From Halanaerobiales bacterium (GTDB lineage Bacteria; Bacillota; Halanaerobiia; Halanaerobiales; M55B127), in contig JAWOEZ010000023.1 of the NCBI GenBank assembly GCA_046482435.1, positions 1 through 63,291 on the forward strand: 63,291 nucleotides of DNA. Reading direction: 5' to 3'. The notes beneath the pieces are model-generated. The model searched no databases. It saw nothing but the letters and a program-made list of their open reading frames with translations, and was not told the DNA's origin. Positions 24,121 to 33,094 of this stretch are shown piece after piece. How positions within the stretch are numbered: position 1 is the stretch's first letter; the number at the start of each line of letters is the position of its first letter. A program made the translations under genes and the position numbers.

Positions 24121-25705
24121 AATATTATATATTACTTTAGTCTTAGTGTTATCTTTTTCTCTTTTAGCTGGTGCCCAAAAATCGGTCAAGACCGTACAAC
24201 CTAGTAGGGGAGATATAACAATTACTGAACTTCTTTCAGGAAAGGTTATTCCGGAGAAGACAGTAAATTTACCTGCAGAAATTAACGGTGTTGTTGAAAA
24301 GTTACATGTTTCTGTTGGTGATCAGGTTAAGAAGGGTGATAAAATATTAGAATTTGATAAGAGCCAACTATTAATTCAAAAGAAACAGTCTGAAGCCGGT
24401 TTAGAAGCAGCTCAGGCTAATTTAGATCAACTTCTAAAAGGTGCTTCTGAAGAAGATATAAAGAGTGCAGAAGCCAATCAAGAACAGGCTCAAATTTCTC
24501 TAGAAAGTGCGAAAGAAAGTCTAGAGTTAATTGAAGAGATCTATCAAGATAAGACAAGCCTTAGACAGCAGCTAGTAAACGCTGAATCACAGTTTAAAAA
24601 TGCTGAGAAACAATTAGAATCAGCAGAAGAAAGAGTCAATCAGGCCCAAAAATCATTAGAACAGGCCGAGGTAGGAGTTAAACAGTCTGAAAACAACTTA
24701 AAGCAGGCTAAAAATGATTATGAAAGAATGCAAAAACTATATGATGATAATGTAATCAGTGAAAAAGAGCTAGAAGGAGCCCAGCTGCAGTTGGAAAATG
24801 CACGTTCTTCTTATCAAAATTCTCAACTACAGGTCGAGAATGCCCTGGTTTCAATTGAAAGTGCTCGAATAGCAAAAGAACAAGCTGAGTTATCATTAAA
24901 TACCTCTGAAAAATTATATGAAATTGCAAAAGAAAACTATGACAATCCTACTCAATTAAAACAGCAACTGCAGTCAGCAAAGAATCAGGTTAATGTTTCC
25001 ACTGTTAATAAAAAAATTGCAAAGATAAATGTTGATAAGGTTAAAAAAGGTGTAGATGAAGATCAAATAAAAGCCAGTAAAGCTAATGTAAAACAGGCGG
25101 AAGCCGGCTTAGACCAGATTAATTATCAACTTTCCAAAGCCACTCTTACCGCTCCTATCAGTTCTCAGATTGCTTCTGTAGATACAGAGGAAAATGAAAT
25201 GATTAGTCAGGGGACCCCGGTGGTAAGACTGGTTGTAACAGACACCTTAAATATAAATACTACGGTTACTTCCGAGCTAAGGCCATATATTGATAAAGGA
25301 GATAAAGTGGATGTTTTAGTTAAAAACGGACAGACCAGAGTACTAGAAGGAAAAATTAAGACAATTTCACCAATAATTGACCCTCAAAATGAGGCCTATC
25401 CTGTTGTTGTTGAATTGACGGGAGATCCCAAGAATGTATATCCGGGAATGTTTGTAGATGTTAGGATTAGTAAAGATAGTGCTCGGGGAGCAGTAACATT
25501 ACCAATAGATGCAGTAGTTGATTTAGATAGTTTCCCGCATGTCTATGTTGTAAAGAACGGCGAAGCAGTTAAAATCAATGTAAGTGTCGGAATTATTTAT
25601 GATGATAAAGTGGAAATTACAGACGGACTCCAAGAAGATGATCAGGTAATTATAAAGGGGCAGCAGGATCTTACAGAAGGTCAGTCCGTTGAGGTGATTG
25701 AGTAA
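24107..25705 (+). CDS. efflux RND periplasmic adaptor (MFP/HlyD family) with an unusually long coiled-coil hairpin
   Basis: Signal/anchor, lipoyl-like GDQVKKGDKILEF, about 250 aa of Q/E/K/A-rich coiled coil, then a beta-barrel C-terminus. 532 aa. Confidence 0.88.
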   Translation: MKLNKILYITLVLVLSFSLLAGAQKSVKTVQPSRGDITITELLSGKVIPEKTVNLPAEINGVVEKLHVSVGDQVKKGDKILEFDKSQLLIQKKQSEAGLEAAQANLDQLLKGASEEDIKSAEANQEQAQISLESAKESLELIEEIYQDKTSLRQQLVNAESQFKNAEKQLESAEERVNQAQKSLEQAEVGVKQSENNLKQAKNDYERMQKLYDDNVISEKELEGAQLQLENARSSYQNSQLQVENALVSIESARIAKEQAELSLNTSEKLYEIAKENYDNPTQLKQQLQSAKNQVNVSTVNKKIAKINVDKVKKGVDEDQIKASKANVKQAEAGLDQINYQLSKATLTAPISSQIASVDTEENEMISQGTPVVRLVVTDTLNINTTVTSELRPYIDKGDKVDVLVKNGQTRVLEGKIKTISPIIDPQNEAYPVVVELTGDPKNVYPGMFVDVRISKDSARGAVTLPIDAVVDLDSFPHVYVVKNGEAVKINVSVGIIYDDKVEITDGLQEDDQVIIKGQQDLTEGQSVEVIE

Positions 25706-28700
25706 TGAAGTTATCAGATTTTTCGATAAAGCGGCCTGTAACCACTGTAATGCTGATTCTTTTGATAGTTATTTTAGGTTTTATCTCACTTGATAGACTT
25801 AATATAGACCTATTACCTGAAATTAACTTTCCGGGGGCAGCAGTTATTACATCTTATGGAGAAGCGGGTCCCGAAGAAATAGAGTCTTTAGTAACAAAAC
25901 CGTTAGAAAATTCGTTGGCTACAGTAACGAATGTTAAATCGATAAACTCGACCTCTGATGCCGGCCAATCGACAATTGTTATGGAATTCAATTATGGGAC
26001 TGACATGGACTTTGCTGCTCTGGATATGAGGGAGCAAACGGATATGGTTTCAGAGGTCTTACCGGATGATGCCCAGGATCCTTTGATCGTACAGTTCGAT
26101 CCATCCATGATCCCAGTTTTACAGCTTGGGGTCTCCAGTGGCCAGAACTTAGCCGATCTTAAAACTCAGGTAGAAGATAATGTTATTCCTAGAATAGAAA
26201 GACTTCAGGGAGTAGCCTCTGTAGACTTAACGGGAGGCTTAGACCGGGAAATTTTAATTGAATTGGATAGAAATAAGATGGAAAACTATGGGGTTGAATT
26301 TAATTCGGTTACCCAGAACTTATTATTGGAGAACTTTAATTTATCGGGTGGTAAAATTAACCGGGGTAATGTAGAATATATAGTTAGAGTAACCGGTAAA
26401 TTTGAAAATATTGACGAAATCAGAGAAGTATTAATACCGACCGGTTCTGGTAGGGGCTTTGTTAAACTAAGTGAGATCGGAACTGTAAAAGATACCTTTA
26501 AAGAAGTAAATAGTGTTGCACGAGTAAATGGTGAAGACAGTATCGGTTTAACAATTCAGAAACAGACCGATGCTAATACAGTGACAGTAGCAAATAGAGT
26601 TCGGGATGAAGTTGAGGAATTAAAAAATGATTACCCGAACCTAAGCATGGTGCCCATTGCGGACCAGGCAGAATATATCGAGCAGTCGATTAGTAGTGTT
26701 TACCGGAATGCAATAATCGGTGGTTTACTTGCAATTTTAGTATTATTTCTCTTCTTAAGAAATATTAGGAGTACTATTATAATCGGTCTTACAATACCGA
26801 TCTCTATTGTGGCCACTTTCCTTTTGATTTACTTCGGTGGATTAACAATTAATATAGTATCATTAGGTGGACTTGCCCTCGGGATTGGGATGCTGGTCGA
26901 TAACTCGATCGTGGTTCTTGAAAACATTTTCCGATATAAACAGTACGGTTTAGACCGGCTAGAGGCGGCCAGCCGTGGTAGTGAAGAAGTCGGGATGGCG
27001 ATTGCAGCTTCTACTTTTACAACAATAGTTGTGTTTTTACCTGTAATTTTTGTACAGGGTTTAACAGCTCAAATATTTAGAGAGTTAGCTTTAACGGTTA
27101 GTTTCTCATTGTTTGCTTCTTTAATTGTTGCGCTTACTTTAATACCAATGCTTTCTTCAAAAATATTAAAGTTAAGTAAAAAACAGATGAACTTTGATAC
27201 AGAAACGAACCTGGGCATTATTAAATCCAATTACCAGAATTCACTATCCTGGTTTTTAAATCACCGCTGGGTTATAGGTATATTAATTGTCGTATTAATA
27301 GCTGCCGGTGGATTTGTGGGAACCAAACTTGGTACAGAGTTCTTACCCGAGTTTGACCAGGGGCAGTTAACAGTGGATTATAGTTTACCTGTTGGGACAG
27401 TATTAGATGAAACTCAGCAGGTTGCTGAAGATATAGAGGATGAGATAGGTGAAATACCAGAAGTTGAAACAATATTTACGAATATCGGTGTTGGGGATAT
27501 AATGAGTGGATCGTCAGCTACTGAAGCAGGTTCTTTTACCGTAATTTTAAAGGATCTGGCAGAAAGAGATCGTTCCACCAGTCAGGTAATGGAAGAATTA
27601 AGGAACAAGATTAAAATTCCGGGTGCAGATATAAATATAGAGTCACAGAGTGGATTTTTTGGACCAGGTGGTGGCCAGCCGATTAATATCAAAGTAGTTG
27701 GTGATGACCTGGAAGAATTAGAAAGGCTATCAGCCCTAGTAATGGAAGAAATGAATCAGGTAGAAGGAGTCAGAGAAGTTGAAGACTCCTTTGAAGAGGG
27801 TAGGCCTGAATATTCAATAAGTATTGATAGGTCATTAGCGGCTCGCTTAGGTTTAAGGGTCAGAAGTGTAGCAAATACAGTTAAAACAGTTATCTCCGGT
27901 GATGTGGCTACTAGATATGAAGTAGCCGGAGCTGAATATGATGTTAGAGTTACTTTAGATGAAAGTGACAAACAGAACATCGAACAGCTCAAAAATATCA
28001 TGTTGCCTTCTCCAACCGGAGCGAAGGTACCTTTAGCACGGGTAGCTAATATTGAGTTAACTGAAGGGCCTAAACAGATTTTGAGATTAAATCAGGAACG
28101 ATACTCAGAAATTACAGCTTCCCTTTACCAGACTGATTTGGGAACAGCTGTTAATCAAATTCAAGAGAGGGTTGACGAAAACGTAGAACTAACTGAAGGG
28201 TACGATATTGTATATGGTGGGCAGTTTGAAGATTTACAGCAGTCATTTTCAGATCTATTTTTTGCATTCTTATTAGCGATAGTGCTAGTATATATGGTAA
28301 TGGCTTCACAATTTGAATCATTAGTCCATCCCCTAGTAATAATGTTTACAGTACCACTAGCACTTGTTGGAGTTGTATTTGGACTATATATTACTGATTC
28401 AACGATTTCTGTGCCTGCTTTAATTGGTATAATAACCCTGGCAGGTATTGTGGTTAATAATGCTATCGTTCTTGTAGACTATATTAATAGAATGAGAGAT
28501 GAAGGCCGTACTAAACGAGATGCTATCTTAGAAGCCGGTCCAATTAGGTTAAGGCCGATCATGATGACTGCCTTGACAACAATCCTGGCCTTGATCCCAC
28601 TATCATTAGGTATAGGAGAAGGTTCTGAACTGGAACAACCATTAGCAATTGTTGTGATTAGTGGATTACTATTTTCTACCTTCTTAACACTGTATGTAAT

Positions 28701-28770
28701 ACCAGTACTTTATTCTTCATTTACAGATCTAAGTGACAAATTGAAGAGGATCTTAAGAAAAGTTGTGTAG
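25705..28770 (+). CDS. efflux RND transporter permease (AcrB/HAE1 family)
   Basis: 1021 aa, 12-TM architecture with two large periplasmic loops. The start ATG shares one base with the upstream TAA stop (TAATG). Confidence 0.95.
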   Translation: MKLSDFSIKRPVTTVMLILLIVILGFISLDRLNIDLLPEINFPGAAVITSYGEAGPEEIESLVTKPLENSLATVTNVKSINSTSDAGQSTIVMEFNYGTDMDFAALDMREQTDMVSEVLPDDAQDPLIVQFDPSMIPVLQLGVSSGQNLADLKTQVEDNVIPRIERLQGVASVDLTGGLDREILIELDRNKMENYGVEFNSVTQNLLLENFNLSGGKINRGNVEYIVRVTGKFENIDEIREVLIPTGSGRGFVKLSEIGTVKDTFKEVNSVARVNGEDSIGLTIQKQTDANTVTVANRVRDEVEELKNDYPNLSMVPIADQAEYIEQSISSVYRNAIIGGLLAILVLFLFLRNIRSTIIIGLTIPISIVATFLLIYFGGLTINIVSLGGLALGIGMLVDNSIVVLENIFRYKQYGLDRLEAASRGSEEVGMAIAASTFTTIVVFLPVIFVQGLTAQIFRELALTVSFSLFASLIVALTLIPMLSSKILKLSKKQMNFDTETNLGIIKSNYQNSLSWFLNHRWVIGILIVVLIAAGGFVGTKLGTEFLPEFDQGQLTVDYSLPVGTVLDETQQVAEDIEDEIGEIPEVETIFTNIGVGDIMSGSSATEAGSFTVILKDLAERDRSTSQVMEELRNKIKIPGADINIESQSGFFGPGGGQPINIKVVGDDLEELERLSALVMEEMNQVEGVREVEDSFEEGRPEYSISIDRSLAARLGLRVRSVANTVKTVISGDVATRYEVAGAEYDVRVTLDESDKQNIEQLKNIMLPSPTGAKVPLARVANIELTEGPKQILRLNQERYSEITASLYQTDLGTAVNQIQERVDENVELTEGYDIVYGGQFEDLQQSFSDLFFAFLLAIVLVYMVMASQFESLVHPLVIMFTVPLALVGVVFGLYITDSTISVPALIGIITLAGIVVNNAIVLVDYINRMRDEGRTKRDAILEAGPIRLRPIMMTALTTILALIPLSLGIGEGSELEQPLAIVVISGLLFSTFLTLYVIPVLYSSFTDLSDKLKRILRKVV

Positions 28771-29029
28771 TAAATAATAGAAATATTTATTAAATTATAA
28801 CAAATGAGGAATTGATGGTTTACTCAACCATTCCTGTTCTAATTTAAGATTTTGCAAGCTGATCCCTCCTAAAATGTTATATTATTTTCTGGAAAGGTAT
28901 TATAATATAGTTAGACAAATTTGTAAATATAGTTAAAAAATTATCAAAACCGATCAATTCTTATTGGAATAGATCATCATTATTGGATGCAAAAAATTCT
29001 ATTAAACTGGCGTCTGTGATATAATCAGA

Positions 29030-29503
29030 ATGAACTTTGCTTGTAAAGAAGCTGAGTTTCATTCCAGATATTTCAATGAAAATTCAATTTATCAGCCTCA
29101 GGCCTCAGTCGGAATCAGCAGAAGACGCTTTAGAGAAATAGAATCAGACGATCGTTTTCATCTCTACTACCGTTTAGATAAAGAATTAGCAGAATATTAT
29201 GGAGAAAAAAATGTAATTCAAACTCAAGCAGCAGTTTTAAAAGTTCAACTTGAACTGGCATCATTACATTGAAACTGAAGAATTATAGACGATTATAAGT
29301 CAAATAAGCCAACTCTTCTAGCAGGTGAAGGAACAGTTCCACCTTAAGATGTAGGAGGACCTGATGGTTTCAATGAATTTATACACATTATTTCCAATCC
29401 GAAAAATGAAGATTATGAAATGATGACTGAATGGGCAAAAGGCCAGGGCTTTAAAGAGTATGATCCGGAAAAGATAAAATCTGAGCTAAAATCATACTTT
29501 TAG
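29030..29503 (+). pseudogene. decayed pRiA4b ORF-3-like gene (internal deletion, frameshift, premature stop)
   Basis: Aligns to residues about 128-200 of the 31870-33024 product, then jumps to ...IETEE.IDDYKSNKP...PP*DVGG...KEYDPEKIK. TAA replaces the Glu of PPEDVGG and there is a 1-nt deletion in gaagaaatt. Confidence 0.8.
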
Positions 29504-29529
29504 TTGAAAAAATAATCTGCTATAAATAT

Positions 29530-29560
29530 ATTAGATAAAACAATGACATCTGTTAAATAT
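29530..29560 (+). repeat. copy 1 of 31-nt motif ATTAGATAA..GAC.TCTG.TAAATAT
   Basis: attagataaaacaatgacatctgttaaatat, followed by a second CCGACAT box at 29572-29578. Lies upstream of the 5' gene stub. Confidence 0.7.
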
Positions 29561-29601
29561 CAGGTTAAATTCCGACATATAAAGTGTTTGTCTTAAAAAC
29601 C

Positions 29602-29681
29602 ATGAAGAAAGGATTGATAAGTATGCTGATTAAGGCAACAACTAAACTAAGAAAAGGATTGAATTTGGAAGAATTATTATA
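29602..29681 (+). pseudogene. 5' stub (26 codons) of a pRiA4b ORF-3-like paralogue
   Basis: 29591-29673 versus 31838-31920: 71 of 83 positions identical by hand count. Homology then stops and a TAA follows. Confidence 0.75.
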
Positions 29682-29697
29682 AATCTGTTATAATATT

Positions 29698-29728
29698 ATT
29701 AGATAATAAACCGACTTCTGATAAATAT
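29698..29728 (+). repeat. copy 2 of 31-nt motif
   Basis: attagataataaaccgacttctgataaatat is 25/31 identical to copy 1 (hand count). Second box CCGACAG at 29740-29746. Lies directly upstream of the DUF3307 gene. Confidence 0.7.
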
Positions 29729-29758
29729 TACAAAAAATACCGACAGAGGAGACTGCTT

Positions 29759-30523
29759 ATGCTTTATTCTTTATTAATTCTGGCACATATTCTTTCAGAT
29801 TTTACTTTTCAAAGTAAAAATACAAGTGAAAATAAAAGAAAGTCTAATTTTTCTTTATTGAAACATGGAATAATAGTATTTGTTATCTCCTATATTTTAA
29901 CAATTTATTATTTTAGTTTATCTCATTTTTTTATGATATTTTTATTATCTCTGCTGCATGTAGCTGTTGATTATATTAAGATCAGGCTAACTGATAAATT
30001 TAGCACTTATAATTTGGAATTGTTTATTTTTGATCAGCTGCTTCATTTTTTAGTTATTTTTATGATAATTCCACTTTTTAATCCTGCTCCCACCCAGGAA
30101 CTGTTCTCATTTTTAAAAGAACTAACTGATATTTATCAACCATTAAAATTTTTAACAGAAGCAAAAATTAGTTTTTTATTGATTACTTTATCTGTTATTA
30201 TTTTTAATTTTAAAGCTGCCACTATCCTGGTCAGAAAAACACTGAGCAAATATAAAAGCAATATAAGCCGGGAGGGAGACAAAGGGGAGGCAATTGGGAA
30301 TTTAGAAAGATTACTAATTATTATCTTTATAGTTTTTGAATATTATTCACTAATTGGTTTAATGTTTACGGCTAAATCACTGATCAGGTTTAAAGAAATA
30401 GAGGTTAAAGCTGAAAAAAATTCTTCTTTTGTAGAATACTATTTAATAGGATCCTTTACCAGTATTTTGATTGCAATTTCTACCGGTAGTTTAATTAATA
30501 TATTTTCATATTTATGGAATTAG
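29759..30523 (+). CDS. DUF3307 (SatE-like) integral membrane protein
   Basis: 254 aa, about 7 TM spans, N-terminal LLILAHILSDFTFQS pattern. Paired with a SatD-family gene, as in the S. mutans sat locus. Confidence 0.7.
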   Translation: MLYSLLILAHILSDFTFQSKNTSENKRKSNFSLLKHGIIVFVISYILTIYYFSLSHFFMIFLLSLLHVAVDYIKIRLTDKFSTYNLELFIFDQLLHFLVIFMIIPLFNPAPTQELFSFLKELTDIYQPLKFLTEAKISFLLITLSVIIFNFKAATILVRKTLSKYKSNISREGDKGEAIGNLERLLIIIFIVFEYYSLIGLMFTAKSLIRFKEIEVKAEKNSSFVEYYLIGSFTSILIAISTGSLINIFSYLWN

Positions 30524-30535
30524 GAGGTGACTCTG

Positions 30536-31810
30536 ATGAGTAATAATTCAATTGTTGTAATTGGAGATATCATTGAGTCTAAAAAGATAAATAACCGAAA
30601 AAATGTGCAAAATAAACTGGCTGAATTATTGGATAATATAAACCAGGACTATCAGAAATATATAGAGTCACCTTTTAAAATTACTCTGGGAGATGAATTT
30701 TATGGTGTACTCAATAACTTTTATCCAGTAATTGATATTCTTCAGATATTAGAAGTTGAATTTAAGGAAATTGATTTTAGATTTGGGATTGGTCAGGGGA
30801 AATTTAATGATAATAATCAGGGGATTGCCTATGAAAAGGCTCTTAAAGCAGTAAAAATTGTTAAAAATAAAAAATTTAATATCCACTTAATTAGTACTAA
30901 TAACAATAATTATTTTCAAATAATAAGTTTAATTTTACATTTATATTTTAGTATTTTTAATAAATTTACCTTCAATCAGAAATATATAATTCACAGTTTG
31001 AACAGAGGTAAAAAACAGCAAGAAATTGCAGCTGATTTAGGCAGCTCTCAGTCAAGTGTTAGTCAATCACTATCCAATATCAACTGGAAGCTTTTAGTTA
31101 AAACTGCAGATTTTTTTAAAGAATTTAACAGCCAGTATTCTAAAATAGAAATTAATTTAAGAGGGAATCATTTAGCTTTAATAGGAGCTTATTCTCGCAG
31201 ATTAAATGAGAAAAATGATATCAGAAATACATTGATAAAAATTAATGATGATTATAAAAATCTAATTAGATCTAAATTTGTTTTAGCTACCCTGTCTGAT
31301 GAAGCTGAAGATTATTTTGAGTTTCAGGCATTATTTAAAAAAGAAATTGAGGATTATCAAAAATTATTATATTTACTGGTAGACATTTATTATGAAATTG
31401 ATGAATTATATGTGGGGCTTGGTTCAGGCAAAATATCGACAGAGATTAAAGAGCAGGCCTTAGGGATGGATGGACCAGCTTTTTATAATGCAAGAGAGGC
31501 ACTAAATAAATCTTTTGCAGATGGAATATCATTAAATTTAATTTCAGGAAAGAAAATAGCAGATACCAGTTTGTCAATAATTTTTTCACTGCTTATTGAA
31601 TTCATAAAAAAATGGACAGCTCAGCAGAAAAAAGCTGTAGATTATAGAGCAGCAGGATTAAGTCAAAATAAAATCAAGGTAAAAATGGGCTTGTCAGCCC
31701 GCTCAACATTAGTAGAACATTTACAGAGAGCTGGCTGGAAGGAATATGATTATATCATAAAGAATCTTGCTGAATTATTAGCTAAAAACCCGACATTATT
31801 AAAATATTAG
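30536..31810 (+). CDS. SatD-family protein, tandemly duplicated (two SatD+HTH modules)
   Basis: Module 1: VVIGDIIESKK...ITLGDEFYGV...FRFGIGQG...HTH QQEIAADLGSSQSSVSQSL. Module 2 (from about 31145): LALIGAYSRR...LYVGLGSGKI...DGPAFYNAREAL...HTH LSQNKIKVKMGLSARSTLVEHL. AGGAGG lies 8 nt before ATG 30536. Confidence 0.7.
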   Translation: MSNNSIVVIGDIIESKKINNRKNVQNKLAELLDNINQDYQKYIESPFKITLGDEFYGVLNNFYPVIDILQILEVEFKEIDFRFGIGQGKFNDNNQGIAYEKALKAVKIVKNKKFNIHLISTNNNNYFQIISLILHLYFSIFNKFTFNQKYIIHSLNRGKKQQEIAADLGSSQSSVSQSLSNINWKLLVKTADFFKEFNSQYSKIEINLRGNHLALIGAYSRRLNEKNDIRNTLIKINDDYKNLIRSKFVLATLSDEAEDYFEFQALFKKEIEDYQKLLYLLVDIYYEIDELYVGLGSGKISTEIKEQALGMDGPAFYNAREALNKSFADGISLNLISGKKIADTSLSIIFSLLIEFIKKWTAQQKKAVDYRAAGLSQNKIKVKMGLSARSTLVEHLQRAGWKEYDYIIKNLAELLAKNPTLLKY

Positions 31811-31829
31811 ATAAATAACCGACAAATAT
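31806..31829 (+). repeat. copy 3 (shortened) of the ATTAGATAA...CCGAC motif
   Basis: attagataaataaccgacaaatat equals copy 1 with the segment between its two CCGAC boxes missing. Lies upstream of the intact pRiA4b-like gene. Confidence 0.65.
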
Positions 31830-31869
31830 AGTGATTATCTTAAAAATCATGACGAAAGGATTGATTAGT

Positions 31870-33024
31870 ATGCTAATCCAGGCAACAACTAAGTTAAGAA
31901 ATGAATTAAATCTGGAAGAACTAGATCAAAAAGAAAGAGCTGCTTTATTTTCCTGGCACGCCAATTTCAAAAGGATTAATCGACGTAAAACAGTTATCTT
32001 AGTTAATGATGCTTGTGCTTATACTGTAGTCTTATATGGTCTGAAAAAAGATGATTTTCTAAATTTTCCGGAGCGGATCAAAGAGGGGATTAGACAAGCA
32101 TTTGAAATGGAAGGAATTAAAGATAGTTTAATTGAAAAATATTTGAGTGAATTTGAAGATTTTACTTTTCAAAAAACAAAAAACAGAAAATATGTTGGTA
32201 GATTAACTCAGGCCTGCAAAGATATAGAGTTTTATGCAGATGAATTCAATGAAAATGAAATTTATCAGGCTGAAAGCTCAAAAAATATCAGTCATATGCT
32301 TTTTAAAGAAATAGATAGTGATAATTATTTCACTGCTAATGAACGTTTAAGAGAAAAATTAACCGAATATTATGAGGAAAAAGATATAATCCAGACTAAA
32401 GCAGCAGTTTTAAAAGTTGAGCTTGAGCTAGGTGAATATGAAGCCTGGCGGAAAGTTATTGTACCTTTAAATTATAATTTTAGGGAGCTGCACAGGATTA
32501 TTCAGGAACTTTATAACTGGCAGCATTATCACCTGCATGAATTCTTTGTTTACAGTGAGGACAAAGATGATACAAAAAATTGGAACCATGGTGAATATCA
32601 CCGAGATGGATACAGGGCAATTTTAAATCTGGTTGTGGATCAGGAAAATCTTGAATATAATAAATATGAACTAAACTATGAAACTGAAGATTTTAAGCTG
32701 GCAGTGGAAAATGAAGTTAAACTGAAGGAAATTCTGCCGGCCAGAATAAAATATATTTATGATTATGGTGATAACTGGCAGCATTACATTGAAACTGAAG
32801 AAATTATAGATGATTATAAGTCAAATAAGCCTACTTTTCTAGAAAGTGAAGGAACAGCTCCCCCGGAAGATGTAGGTGGAATAGGCGGTTTTAGTGAATT
32901 TATGCGAATTATCTCCAATCCAGATGATGAAGAATATGAGTCTATGCTTGAATGGGCTGAAAGTCAGAGATTTAAAGAGTATGATCCGGAAGAGATTAAA
33001 ACTAGGCTTGAGCGTTATTTTTAA
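31870..33024 (+). CDS. plasmid pRiA4b ORF-3-like (MM3350-like) family protein with N-terminal extension
   Basis: LHRIIQELYNWQHYHLHEF, YIYDYGDNWQHYIE and APPEDVGGIGGF signatures. Alternative in-frame starts at 31831 (GTG) and 31849 (ATG). 31870 has AAAGGA 9 nt upstream. Confidence 0.8.
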   Translation: MLIQATTKLRNELNLEELDQKERAALFSWHANFKRINRRKTVILVNDACAYTVVLYGLKKDDFLNFPERIKEGIRQAFEMEGIKDSLIEKYLSEFEDFTFQKTKNRKYVGRLTQACKDIEFYADEFNENEIYQAESSKNISHMLFKEIDSDNYFTANERLREKLTEYYEEKDIIQTKAAVLKVELELGEYEAWRKVIVPLNYNFRELHRIIQELYNWQHYHLHEFFVYSEDKDDTKNWNHGEYHRDGYRAILNLVVDQENLEYNKYELNYETEDFKLAVENEVKLKEILPARIKYIYDYGDNWQHYIETEEIIDDYKSNKPTFLESEGTAPPEDVGGIGGFSEFMRIISNPDDEEYESMLEWAESQRFKEYDPEEIKTRLERYF

Positions 33025-33094
33025 TAGTAACTTTAAAAATAATTTGGAGTTTGTGCTTATTCTGGCAGTTAATAAAAAAGAAGGATACTAAAAT

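Noticed and set aside
31954-31969. Sigma-54-like TGGCAC-N5-TTTCA. A similar TGGCAC lies near 57523.
   Set aside because: Both lie inside coding sequences, the -12 element is TTTCA or GTTTCA rather than TTGC, and no enhancer-binding-protein gene is nearby.
32894-33091. 65-aa ORF overlapping the 3' end of the pRiA4b-like gene.
   Set aside because: It is an alternative frame of a well-supported CDS with no independent signals.
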